DNA of 64,000 nt from Tubulanus polymorphus (taxonomy: Eukaryota; Animalia; Nemertea), in NCBI RefSeq assembly GCF_964204645.1, contig NC_134025.1, positions 1,550,001 to 1,614,000 of the forward strand. Reading direction: 5' to 3'. The notes beneath the pieces are model-generated. The model had not been told where the DNA came from, did no database searches, and worked only from the letters and a program-made list of their open reading frames with translations. Position 1 is the first letter of the stretch. Every line of letters begins with the position of its first letter. The translations under genes and the position numbers were made by a program. This document shows, one piece after another, positions 29,418 through 42,154 of this stretch.

Positions 29418-30289
29418 TTGTTGCTTAACTCAACGAATGACAAATTTCAAAATCATATTTATTCTCATACAACAATATTATACAAAATGCCAGGATTGCT
29501 CGAGGAATTATAACGTAAGCTCCTCAAACACGTGGACTTTCAAAAAACAACTAGTCCAACCACCATAGGCGTATAAACTATAAATGAGTGTCTATACGCC
29601 CCTTGGTCCAAACATAGACTCTAAAACAAAAAAGTCTATGGCCCAACCATGGACTCAATTGTCCATGGCCCCCGCACTAAAACCAGAGATAAACCTGGCC
29701 AAATACTCTGGAAAGCGTAGGATTAATCAATCTGATTTACATTCTTTACATCATTTTATTTTCACATATCAAATTATTAACTTTTAGCTTATTTTCTCAG
29801 ATTTGAATAGCAATTTTATTTCTATTTCTATGTATGAAATTGTACTAATTGTACTAACTTTAAAATCACAAAAGTTACATGTAAGGCATTTATAAGTCTT
29901 TATATATGATACATTTCCACTACAGCTGATTCATACAATTTGCATCAATGGGAAAATAACAAAAATACATACAATTTGATCCATAAAACACCGAAAAAAG
30001 GACTAGTCTGAAAGTCTAAGATTATGAATTTGACAATTCATGAGGTCAATATAACCGACACTTTGTTATATTTCATGAAATATGAATCTATCATCGTCAA
30101 CTTTTCAAATGACATCGAGATTGAGGACATCTTAATTATCAAGAAAAAACATTAAACCTACAAATTTACTCACTCTGGAAAGCGTAAGGTTAACTTATTA
30201 ATCATTACTAGAAAACTAAAAACATTGCCAAATTTTTCTTCAAACATTATCAACTACTTTTTCACAAATTTTACATTTGAAACAAAGAG

Positions 30290-30552
30290 CAGGGTCTGAT
30301 TTAAGCACTAGTCCAATTGCCCGGGACAAGTATATTTTTCATTAGGGCATGAAGGTTATCATAATCACTCATCCACCGGGCTTGTGTAATTCTATGTCTC
30401 AAAGCTTTTATCCCACTCGATGCAAGGGATTATTGTGTCACAATCGGACTATTCATGTAGAGCAAGTTGATTTTTGAGGGGGCAAGTGATATTACATATA
30501 AGTTATGCTTGCCCCAAGGTCAAGTGGCATTTATTCCTTAGATCAAACCCTG
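30290..30552. mobile_element. Nested MITE-like element with CAGGG ends
   Basis: cagggtctgatttaag / cttagatcaaaccctg; internal g(g/a)caagt repeats. Confidence 0.55.
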
Positions 30553-31353
30553 CAAACTATTATAAAGGTTTTTCTTGGTGATGATTTAAGATAAATCAAG
30601 CATTTTCAAATAAATATGGTTTGATTGATGAAGCTGCGGTAACTTCTTGTTTTATTCAACTTGATAGTAGATATAAATATTACTCTATACAGAGATCAGA
30701 AATTCTTCGAGTCCAGATATTACAGGCCCTACCTAAACAGACGCGGTTAAACTGATAATCAAAACAAAGCTAGGACAATTATTCTATGCTCTTGCTATTT
30801 TCGACAGGGCCTTGATTAGATCAGTACTTTATGAACCACTGAAAAGCACCAAAGTGAAATTTTTGCTATAAAACTTAACTGAAAAGTTTTAACATGAATG
30901 ATGAAAATGTACATCGTTTTATTCGTCACGCAACAATAATATCTTAACCGAGGAATCGTCATGCAAGTTACAATAACAGTCTCCAACATAAAAGCATTAA
31001 AACTAGAGATGAGAAATTCAGATTCACTCTGGAACTCTTAGTATCAATTAATCATTACTTTCACTAGAAAACTGGAATTTTGCCAACTTTGCCTTGTCTT
31101 AAAGATTTCCAAACACCTTGACATTACATACTAAGTATTCTGACGTTTTTCCTGGCAGCTTCAACATAATTATACAATCGGTAACTAATCAATAACATCA
31201 ATAACTTAAGTTTATAGCTGTTTTAAATTCTTTCTAAAAAGTAAAATGTATGTACCAGATTTTAGATAGTAAGTCTACCCATGTATAACAATAAACAGTC
31301 ACAGCAGTGATTGAGCGCGGCTAGTTGAAAGGACGGGTCGATCTTTCATCACA

Positions 31354-31472
31354 GTTATTCAAAGCATTCTATCATATCAGTTATTTTTTTAAATGTTTTC
31401 GATTTAGTTAAGGTTTATGGTTATTTGTTTTGTTCATTACAATAACTGAGTTGATAGAATGCTTTGAATAAC
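31354..31472. repeat. Inverted repeat (~30-bp arms)
   Basis: gttattcaaagcattctatca..tcagttatt / aataactga..tgatagaatgctttgaataac. Confidence 0.7.
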
Positions 31473-33224
31473 AACATAAAAGATCTCGGGTTTTCGCTAT
31501 ACTTAGGGAAGGTTGTTCGATAAATGAAGAACCTTGTTGATAAATATTTGAAAAAATGCCTTTTCATGTAAATAGAATATTAATTTGTTGTATGTTTGTA
31601 TGTTTGTTTGTATTGTTGTTTATTCTATTTATTTTTTATTGGTTTTTTATTTTTTAGAATTAATTTATGTACTTGTAGTTTGTAGTTATGTATTATTTAT
31701 ACTCCTCTATTTACAACTGCAGGCATTTTTTCACTGTAAAGTTCTGGGCCCATTTTAAGAAAGCGCTACCGATTCACTGCCACTCCTTAATAATCATTAT
31801 ACACCCGATTTGAAGCTAAGTGATTATTCACGAGAGCCATCTCGTGATATGGATTGACCCATTACAATAAAAGAAGTTCAAACAGCTATAAACAATGTTA
31901 AAAATTAGTCCTAGCTATAACTTTATGCCTTGTTATTCCTAGCTTTACCTCTCAAATGTAAATAATGGTCTCCTTTCAGATAAAGCTTTAGTTTTCAAAT
32001 ACGTAGATATGATCATCAAACAGATTGATGGAGGCTTAAATCGAAATCTACGATTTGTTTCAAATTTTTCAAATTGGTTACCTTCGAAAATATCAATGCC
32101 ATCAAATTTGTACATCTACAATTCAGCAAATAGTTAATATTTGTACATCAACACTGGTCTAACGTTATGTTCTATGTTTCCTAACTATGTGATATCTACA
32201 CGGACAAATAGCCACAGTTGACTATGTTTAACTATGGTAAGTTGGAAGATTAAACTCACAATTCATGTTGAAACTATATTTCAGTTTAGGAGTTAACTCA
32301 ACAGACCTACGAGTCAAAACTAGGCACTCAACACGACCATTTACCCCTAGTGACTAACTTAACTTGACTTATCTATCGACCAAGGATCGAAGACCAAAAT
32401 CGTGCATTAATGGAGTTTAGCTTTTATTAGACTCTCACATTGCATAAACATTATCAAATAGTTTCCTCGAAAACACTATATTATCCATCCGACTGGTTTG
32501 AAAAAGGTGATAAGCAAAAAATCAATACTTTACTACAGAAATCCGCTATTGTCTTCGCCGCTCCTGGATCTCAGTGTTTATAACATGCACTATTGTCTAT
32601 GCTGCTCCTAATAAGATACACTATTGTCTTTGCTGCTTTTAAAACAATGTTTATCCTGAATCAGTGTTTATGAGATAATCCATTAGCTTTGTCACTTGAA
32701 TCAGTGTTTATAAGATTCACTATTGTCTCTGCTGCTCCTGATATTTAATGTTTCATAGAAATCAACCACCGATTGTAGAAGAATCCATCATTGAGTGATT
32801 AATCCGTTGCTGGATCCTCAACTTTTCATCTGGGCTTCTGCAGTTTTCATCAGCAAATGGGTCGATCAGTATTCATCTACTTGTGAGTGTCTTCTTCAGG
32901 CCAATTTTTCCGAGATGTAGTGTGGCTGAAACAAAGTGAAGAAAGCAAAACATTTCAGACAGATTTATCATAATTTACGTGTCATTTCAAATTACAAGCC
33001 AACCTGTTTTTCACAAAGTAAAATTCATTGACGTCAATTGCTGATTTAAACCCCAATAATTAATTGCAGTAGTAGGACTAGTTCATCACTGTTTAAGACT
33101 AGTGAAGATAAAAGTTCAGCCATGTGGACCGGTAAATAGATTTTGATGATAGCCACTTATGAAATGATATTCATATGAGGACTGAAATTTCTATATACAG
33201 GTAATTTCATGTATATCAACTTAC

Positions 33225-34430
33225 CTTAAAAGATTGCTGGGTTCAGTTCTGGCCTTTTCTGTGCACCGTTCCAGTTTGTAGATTTTGGATTGGTTGATGC
33301 ACTTGGTTGATGCATTTGATTCAAGCTTGGATGTTCAGTGGGCGGAGGTCATCTGTAGATATTTGATGAGTCATTGATTTAAAGCTGGGTAGTTTCATAT
33401 AGATAGGATTTAGCTGAAATGAGCAAACAAATATATCCTGTAATGACAAAATATTTCATTTAGAATTTATCGACATAATTCCACATACCGGTATATCAAG
33501 TTACCTTTTATGATTGCTGGTTTCATTATCGGCGATTATCTTATTAATTGGTTAGTTAATGAGTTGTATATTAGTTGGCCTCATCTGTGCACTGTTCCAG
33601 TTGGTCGATTTTGGACGAGTAGTTGATCTCAAGCTGGGTATTTTCTTATAGTTGAAATTTAGCTGCAATGGTTAAATGAAGATATCCTGTAATGAAAAAA
33701 TATTTCATTTAGAATTTATCGAAATAATTCCATGTATATCAAGTTACCTTTTATGATTGCTTGGTTATCGGCTATCCTATTAGTTGTTTAGTTAGTTGGC
33801 CTCATCTGTGCACTGTTCCAGTTGGTCGATTTTGGACGAGTAGTTGATCTCAAACTGGGTTTTTCTCATAGTTGAAATTTAGCTGCAATGATTAAAAGAA
33901 GATATCCCGTAATGACAAAATATTTCATTTAGAATTTATCTAAATAATTTCATGTATATCAAGTTACCTTTAATGATTGCTTGGTTCTTAATCGACGTGG
34001 ATCATCTTAAGTTTGTTTGTTGATAAGTTGGATTCTTGTTGGCCTCATCTGTGCACTGTTCCGGTTGGTCGATTTTAGATGAGTAGTTGATCTCAAACTG
34101 GGTTTTTCTCATAGTTGAAATTTAGCTGCAATGATTAAAAGAAGATATCCTGTAATGACAAAATATTTCATTTAGAATTTATCGAAATAATTCCACATAT
34201 ATCAAGTTACCTTATATGATTGCTTGGTTATCGGCGATTATCCTATCAGTTGGTTAGTTAGTTGGCCTCATCTGTGCACTGTTCCAGTTGGTCGATTTTG
34301 GACGAGTAGTCGATCTCAAGCTGGGTTTTTTCTTATAGTTGAAATTTAGCTGCAATGATTAAAAGAAGATATCCTGTAATGACAAAATATTTCATTTAGA
34401 ATTTATCATAATAATTTCCATAAATAATAT
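33225..34430 (-). repeat. Tandem array of five exon+intron-like cassettes (220-280-bp period)
   Basis: Blocks 34349-34211, 34125-33968, 33882-33748, 33662-33505, 33413-33225, each bounded by ...cag| and AAG|gtaa on the minus strand; ~85-nt near-identical spacers. Confidence 0.85.
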
Positions 34431-35299
34431 ACCTAGAATAGCCTACTCAGTTATATTCGTAACACCGAACAAATTATAAGCGAACATACGATTCCTAGTC
34501 GAAATGCTCGCCATTTTGTTTTGGGTTCCACATTGGATTTTCCCAATGGGCTTTCCCATTTACATCAGAAGTTTCTGGAATTTCCGGTATATCCAACAAA
34601 CAGCCAATCACATTCAATGTAGCTCAGGTAACAAGGTCAACTCAGATAAATAGAAGCGAGAAAATTTTGGGGGTTTATAAAGTGAGGACCCGTAGGTCGA
34701 AAAGTACATCGAGATGAGTCGCAAAAACCGGCAACACTTCCAGGAAGGATTGAACTTATATATATTTCAATTCCAAGTATGCAAATTCTCATATGTGAAA
34801 ACGTGCCATTACTTAGTGCTAAAAAGCAGGGTTTTTAAGTGTTTTTCAAGAATAAGTCCCCTAAAAATGACTTGATCACTATGAAATTTTTGTTGGCTCG
34901 AGAACTCATTATAAGCCAAACGATGACACCAAAAATCAACAGCCAATGTTTATGCCTTGTTGACACACCGGTACTCTATTCATTTTCAATGAAAACTGCT
35001 TCTCCAGACCATTTGCATATGCAAACCTACGGTTTGCCAAAAATCAACTTACATTTCAAGTTTGCTGGGTTCAGTATCGGTTAAAATGTTCTAAGTTCGT
35101 ATCAAATATCAAATTACCTTTTATGATGGCTGGGTTCATTATCGGAGGATCTCCTAAGTTGGTTGGTTGAGTTTCATCCAAATTGGCCCCTTCTGTGCAC
35201 TGTTCTCTAATCGGCAGATCTTAGTTGATGAGCTCTCGTTCGACTTTTGAGTTGGTGTCCCTTACGATCGTGACACACCTGCCAGGAGCGAAACAGGCG

Positions 35300-35630
35300 G
35301 GAATTGAAGTACAGATATAGTTGTGTGATCTTCGGTCGATTTTACATCATTTTTTTTCGGAATCGAAGTACAGATATAGTTGTGTGATCGTCGTTCGATT
35401 TTACATCATTTTTTTTTCGGAATCGAAGTACAGATATAGTTGTGTGATCGTCGGTCGATTTTAAATAATTTCTTTTCGATAATTTTACAATATTTGGTCT
35501 TTTTTCTTCACGTAGTCCGAAAGGTTACAAGGTTGAAGATAATTTTGTCTTAATGTTTTTTTCGAAATCGGAGTACAGATATAGTTGTGTGATCGTCGGT
35601 CGATTTTACTTAATCTTTTTTCAAAATCGA
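35300..35630. repeat. 60-bp tandem repeat (3 adjacent copies plus 1 offset copy)
   Basis: gaagtacagatatagttgtgtgatcgtcggtcgatttta unit. Confidence 0.9.
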
Positions 35631-35871
35631 AGTACTTCTTTGTCTTCTTGGGTTTCGTCGAAGCTGAAATTGAGAAAAAGAAAAACATTTTGTAATCACA
35701 CATTTCTCCATCATTAATCCTAATTTACATGGGTATCAACTTAACTTTCAAGATTGCCGAGTTCAGTGTTCTTTTTTCGGCATCGTCTTCTTTGTAGTCG
35801 CCTTCAGCATCTTCTTCATCTTGGGAGTCCTGAAATTAAAAAAAAAGAGAAGAGCGATGAAAACCTGGTAC

Positions 35872-36647
35872 GGAACAAAACTAATGTCCGAAAGCTTTAC
35901 AGCTCTCCGTCGCCGGTCACGTGCCGAGAACATCAGACAATGAGCCAGCCAGGAATATACTGCCCTCTACACGCCCTCACACAGAACGCGAAAACCAGAA
36001 TGACAACGCCTCACATTCCCCATCTAACTGCAGGATGTACTGGGCGACGTCAGTAACTGACAAACCTGTAAAATTGCACGAAACACAAATAGCGCAGTAC
36101 AACCAGCTTGACCGGGTTGAGATTCAGGATCTCAACTAGCACCCAAAAGCGTGACAAGAGACTTCATCCACTGACCGAGGTTGTCACAAGGACACAATGA
36201 AACTAGCACTCACAAGCCGACGAGAGACTTCATCCACTGACCGGGGTTGTCACAAGGACACAATGAAAACTAGCACTCAAACTAGAAATCAAAGAGCGTG
36301 ACAGTAGAATCATCCCTCAGCCGACTCAGAATACCAGAAACAAAGAGCGTGACAGTAGAATCATCCCTCATCCGGGCGGTCACAAGGACACAATGAATGC
36401 TAGTAGCGTGACAATCCAGTATAACCACTCCACTTGTATCCCGCGCAATCCCACAGATATGCCCGTCATTGACATCACTCAGCACACTTTGTAGATAGGT
36501 GGGGGCAGTGAGGCCTCGTCATCCTGGTTTTCGTGTTCCGTATGAGGGCGTGTAGAGGGCAGAATTTCCTGACCGACTCTTTGTCTGACATCCTCGACAC
36601 GTGACCGGCGAAGGAGAGCCGACGCTTTCGGACATTAGTTTTGTTCC
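35872..36647. repeat. Long imperfect inverted repeat (~180-bp arms) of a non-LTR retrotransposon fragment, with tandem repeats in the loop
   Basis: Arms ~35872-36052 (+) and ~36470-36647 (-) give related peptides NKTNVRK...CPLHAL..N.KTRMT.PH.PHL; minus arm has RKRRLSFAGHVSRM, the RRLxW/FxGHxxRM motif C-terminal to LINE RT. Confidence 0.8.
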
Positions 36648-37095
36648 AGCAAACGTTGAAATTCGACAGAGAAATCGGCCCTGAAAAATAAAACGGGTTA
36701 ATTGCTGAAAAATAGAACGGATTAATTAACACGGAACAGTACAGGACAGCACGGAGACGAACAGTAACACATAAAACATAAAGACGTCGTTCCTCAGGAA
36801 GCAGGAACAGGAGCAGGAGCGGGAGCGCAGCGAAAATCGCCAGGAGGAGAATCCACGGTAGCATGTTCACAGTGTGAGTGTGCAGAGGTGAATGGTCTAT
36901 GCTTGTGTACACCGTGGTCAGCCGGTGACGTATTCAATAGCGCGTATGAATGATATCAACAACTCTGAAAAGCCGCAATTGTGTTTCTATTGTTGAATGG
37001 ATTTACATTATTGAGAGCTTACCGTCCTAGAAGTTGGATGAAAAGGTTCTACTGCCGGGTTGAATACACGCCAGTAGCCAGCTGAACAATATCGT

Positions 37096-37425
37096 GGAAC
37101 TTTAATAAATTTCTAACCATGGATATAGTTAATCTTAAGTTACTATAAAACAATAATTTTGAAGCGAGACCTCACACGGCAGCTCGCGCCATTAAGCAGA
37201 GCTTCTCGAGACCTGTGGTGACAGGTCTGCATTATTGAACTGATGAAATGAAGGAAAACTTTAATTTTTTTGGTCTCATTATAGTAATGAGTATAATATC
37301 AATTGCTTACCATAGATAGATTAAATCTTTAGTTGCTATAAGACAATAATTTTGAAGCGAGACCTCACACGGCAGCTCGCGCCATTTTGCAGAATTTCTC
37401 GCGACCTGTGGTGACAGGTCTGCAT
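37096..37425. repeat. Direct duplication (~190-bp offset) near the right end of the 9.5-kb element
   Basis: caataattttgaagcgagacctcacacggcagctcgcgccatt...gacctgtggtgacaggtctgcat twice. Confidence 0.85.
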
Positions 37426-38010
37426 CAAAACTGGTATAAATAGAAAAAACTTCTTGCTTTAAATTTTGCTTTAAATTGATGAGTTGATTTAAAATCAGTC
37501 TCAATAAAATCAGTCACTATATTGCATTCGGCTCTTTTACATGTACATCATAAAAACAATGAATATAAATAGTGAGACTTCAGGACTTCAAGTTCAGGAC
37601 AGTGAGGAGTGATGCCGGCGAACTGTGATAGTGAGCAGATACTTTTTCAGTGTCTTATTGCGGAAACGAAGTATCAAGACCTCGATCCAGCTATCGAAAA
37701 TATTTTCTTACTTTTACATTAATTAATTCATCTATGCCTGAAACTTTTATTTTCCCTTTAATACAGAAATAAGTCATTTTATACATAAATATTTTATTCT
37801 TATAAATCAACCTTTCAAATGAATTATTAGTCAGAACATTTTCCTTATCGTTATTGTTGAATCATTTTCGATATTTACGACGGATCAAAATATTCATTCA
37901 ACTCGCCGTTTCGTCAAATATTGTTGTGAGTTTGGGTTTTTTTCGGGACCTGACATGACAGGTTCCGGAAACTCTGCAGACAGACATCATTCATTAAAAG
38001 AGTCTTTAAA

Positions 38011-40876
38011 ATGTCTTATCGAGATTCTGGTAAATAAATATTCTTCGATTGATTTCTCCCAACCAACAACAACTCCTTAATCTTTCAATGACGCTGAAAA
38101 AGGCGCTGATCTAACTTTCAAGTCATCTTTACTTGGCTTGGCTCATCAAAAATACATCGATCTATCCCATTTTTTATTTTATCTCATGAAGCCTAAAAAT
38201 CGGTTCTGTTTGATTAAATTAAGTAACAAGAAGGCCAACAGAACAGACAAACACAAGTTTAGGGTGAAACAATTTTGAAAAAGAAAAACTCAAACCTGAA
38301 AATGGATTTGTCATTTTTCGATATTGTTAGGTCAAAGACGCAGAAGAGACTGGCGTCAAAAAGATGATTCTCACCGCGGAGAGAAGAAGCAACAAACAAC
38401 GGCAGCGGAGGATAGCAATTCACCCGTAATACAAGCATTCATAGGATATCGCAAACAACTCGATAATAAACACGATAAATATGAGAGATTAGTGAAACTG
38501 AGTAGAGATATTACTATTGATAGTAAACGTACTATATTCTTATTACAGAGAATTACAGGGTATGTTAAAAACAATCAGAGGGTTTTATGATTTATTGATC
38601 TCTGGCGCTGCAGTTTAAGCGTCCGGTGATTGTATTTTTCAGGTTTTGAATGATCGCTCTTTGTTTCAGTAATGAACATCAGAAAGATGAAATTCTTTTG
38701 GAAGCGGCCGAAAAATTAGAACAGATTCAAAAAGAGAAATTTCAACAGATTGCCGATGAGTTGTTTTCAGAAGATGCGTATCAGTTCCTACGAGCGTATT
38801 CACCTGGTAATTAATCCATTGAGTGACATGTATTGTGGGTTCGATATTTCTTTTTCCCAATTGCAGGGGTGGATCCAGGGGCCGTTCCGAGGGTTCTGGA
38901 ATACCATAGAGCTTTGTTTGTGCCCCTCTGGAGATACCCCTTAATCCATGGATTTGGCATTGAAGTGCCCTAGTTGATTGCGTGATTTGGCGTAGTAAAT
39001 CCCCCTGAAAACCACGAGTTTGATGTTAAGGCTAAACAAAAATGATACCTTGTTTCTCCGCAGCGGCCGGGTCATTTTTGTAAAATATGATAAAATTTGT
39101 AAACAGTTCATTTCTATAGCGGCCGGGTCTGTTATGGTAAAATTGATCATGATTTTTAAAAAAGTAATGTATAGGGTAGATAGGCGGCCGGCCGGGTCAA
39201 CATTTAAGCTCAGCAGAGCGGAGAAACAAGGTATCAATTTTTTTAAGCCTAAGTGCCCTTTTTTGGCATGATTTGACATAGAAAGTGCCTCCTCCAACAG
39301 TGAGTGCCCTTATATAATTTGGAACCCCCTCAAGAAAGGGCCCTGAATTGGGTAGAGACCAAGGAAACTCTGTCGCCACCAGGATTCAAACCCATGTACC
39401 CTGCATTGACGAGACCAGTGACTGGCAGCTTCGGCCACTGCAGCTCTCAAGTAGACAGAGGTCCTCTCCGCGTATGCGCTTTACTGATGTATTAGGACCA
39501 CGGACGTATAAATTAGATCTAATCAATTGTACACATCCATGATGGGATGGAGAAGTGTTTACCCAGTGTTTGTTGATAGTCAGCCCTCTAACCCCAATGT
39601 ACACAATTCTAAGTATAACCAGTACATGCATAGGGAGGAATAGTGTAATAAATAGAATAGATTCTACAAATGCCTCACAATTTCTTATTGATATTTATTT
39701 CTAGGTTTACAGGAATATATTGAAGCGCTATCATTTTATTGGTATTGGAAACATGGTGATTTAGTAGATCTGACTGAGGTTGAAAAAGCTCTTAGATTTA
39801 ATGTTTCAAATGAAATGCAGGTAACTACTGTTCAAAAGAAAAGACTTTGTGAAATATTAACAGAAATCCCTACGCTACTGAGTTCCCTGATACTCAACTC
39901 AACTCGGTGAAATATTAACAGTCCTGACGCTTTTTGATAACTTTGATTATGGATGTTTTTCCAGAAAAAAGTGGGAGGGTAAAGGGAAAAAATGAAAATA
40001 TGTTATGCGAGTATTTTTCACATATGAAGCCTCGCAAGGACTGCAGAAAAAATTTAAAATGTTTGATGAATTTGATTTAAATGATGGGAGAAATGAAAAA
40101 ATTAACTTTTTTGCAAATCGTAAGATTGAAAATTGAGATAAACATAACTTTTACAAGTTACGAGATTGAAAATCAAGGCAAACCTATAAAAAAAATCTGT
40201 TTTTATTGGGGATCATTCATTCATTACATACGCATAAAATTTGAATTTTTAAACCCCCCCTCCCCCTCTGTACGCAAAATCGGCCATTTTTTCATATAAA
40301 TTAAGCATTACAGTACGCAATTGCACTGACCCTGACCCCCTCCCCTAATGCGTATGTAATAAATGAATGACCCCTTGAAAAATTGTGATGAAAACACAAA
40401 TTAGACCTAAAAAAATTCTTTTTTGGCCGGAGTGAAGCATGGTTGACTGTTCACTTGAATTCTATTAATTGTGAATGTTAATTATTCTGTAGGATGAAAC
40501 TGAAGAAACAGCAGCGGATGAAAGCGTGTTGAAACATGTCACTGTTCCTCCAATCGAGTATATTTTAGGAGTAGCTGATTTAACGGGTGAACTGATGCGT
40601 TGCGCAATACACAGCGTAGGTAACGGAGATCTCGATAAACCGTTTGAAATCTGCGCATTTTTACGACGTATTCACGACGCGTTTCTATCGTACGGGAATT
40701 CATCGCGTGAATTACCGCGCAAAATGTCGACGTTACGATCTAGTTTAAATAAAGTCGAACAGGCTTGTTATACCCTGCAAGTTCGCGGATCCGAGTTTCC
40801 TAAACATATGTTAATAGATCTCATCTCGAAACCCGTAGAATCGAGTGACTTTAATGATGAAGTTTATTACGATTAA
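38011..40876 (+). CDS. TSNAX: Translin-associated factor X (294 aa, 5 exons)
   Basis: Exons 38011-38029, 38331-38559, 38670-38806, 39705-39820, 40493-40876 (885 nt, in frame). Motifs [67 protein letters not shown]. Confidence 0.96.
39030..39249. mobile_element. MITE with TAA TSD (Zator- or PIF/Harbinger-type) in TRAX intron 3
   Basis: taa|ggctaaacaaaaatgataccttgtttctccgc ... gcggagaaacaaggtatcaattttttaagcc|taa. Confidence 0.75.
39373..39446 (-). mobile_element. tRNA-derived SINE head
   Basis: Minus strand: gagctgcagtggccgaag (A-box-like) ... gggtttgaatcctggtggcga (B-box-like). Confidence 0.5.
40208..40374. mobile_element. MITE in TRAX intron 4
   Basis: ggggatcattcattcattacatacgcat / atgcgtatgtaataaatgaatgacccc inverted ends. 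Confidence 0.7.
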
Positions 40877-42154
40877 AGAATTCACGAATGTTGTTTTTAA
40901 ATGTTTGCATTTATTGAACTCATTGAAATAAGCTCGATTATATTGATTATAATGAAATAAAATGTAAAAATTTTCATGAACCAAATATCGTCCTCTTATA
41001 TTGATGTTTGTTCGCAGCTTTAGATAAGAATTATTTAACGACTTCTTGCAGCCATGAGCTTTATCGACATGACTAAGCCTGATTAGTCGGTAAACACAAT
41101 TCCTTTTTTTACCATTACGATAAGCGAACATGACAGACCCCTTTAAGATACATTCAGTCCCAAACGAAGCCGTTTATTTGGGATTCGAGCATGGCTATCA
41201 CTATAGCTGGTTCGAAATCATGATTTGTACCGCCTCCAGATAGCATCCTATTTTCGCTGATTGTTTTGACCGTAAATTAACATTAAATTAGTTAATAAAA
41301 CCATCTACCTTAATTATTCCAATTCAGAAACTTACTACAAATTTATCTAACTTCATTACTGCAATAATTTATCATTCTTTAAGTTGAATAGAAAAATAAA
41401 ATTAAAATCCGCGAATCTACGGAATCTGTCAGGTGGCAGCACCGTACGGCCATGTCAATGAACCAGGAAGTAAAATGCACCTCGAACCCTTCAAGAAGCA
41501 AAAGGTTGAAAGCCTGTTTTGGTCGATGGCTAGTGACGTCATCAAGATCGCCTTTTTGTTACTCCCACAGCTAAACAACTCACTTTTAACGGTTAACCGC
41601 TGAATTTGAATTTTCTGTCAAGTGTATTCTTGCTGGCTGTTGATTAAAAGATTGTGAATCATGTTTTCCGAACGTGTTAAGCTTGTCTCCGGACCAGTTG
41701 GTGGGAATATTGGTTTGAAAAAAGAGGTAGATTGCAAGATTATAAAAAACTCACTGGGTAACACTGGTGAACGCCGCGAGGATCGTACACGGTGGTGCAG
41801 GCGAGGCGTCGCGACCGCGCGGCGGCAGGGCTTTTTAATTTTGGCTTTTGCCAGTTTTGGAGTCTTGTTATTGCCACCACGGCCACGTTACCACCACACT
41901 CACATTGTCGCTAGGCCTACTGTACTGCCACTACTTTACTTGCTTGCTACTTACTCGGCTAAATTAATTTGTCTTCATCCACGCTTACTTCCCCCCTCCC
42001 CCCCCCCCATGTTAACAAGTAATTTCTGCCAACCGAACCACCAGTCGCAGTAGCCGTAGGCAGTATACTATAGTGCAGTAGTGGGTACCCAGTGGCATGC
42101 CATTGCCATGCCACTGGGTATAGGCCTATGTTGCCCGTACACAGTCACCACCTA

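Larger units (their letters stand above)
28456..37980. mobile_element. ~9.5-kb non-autonomous TIR-bounded DNA transposon, superfamily unresolved
   Basis: Left tctgcagagtttccagaacctgtcatgccagg (28456-) and right cctgacatgacaggttccggaaactctgcaga (-37980) are inverted (2 mismatches in 32). TGACAGGT recurs near both ends. No transposase ORF recognised. Confidence 0.8.

Noticed and set aside
33225-34430. CRISPR-like array or snoRNA host introns
   Set aside because: Eukaryotic context, whole units are homologous (no unique spacers), no cas genes; no C box (RUGAUGA)/D box pair seen in the spacers.
36475-36912. 145-aa ORF with signal-peptide-like hydrophobic start
   Set aside because: Runs through apparent splice acceptors and a LINE fragment; hydrophobicity comes from CTCCTG repeats.
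41661-42053. 130-aa ORF at the MULE left end
   Set aside because: No recognisable domain; GC-rich promoter-like sequence with homopolymer runs.
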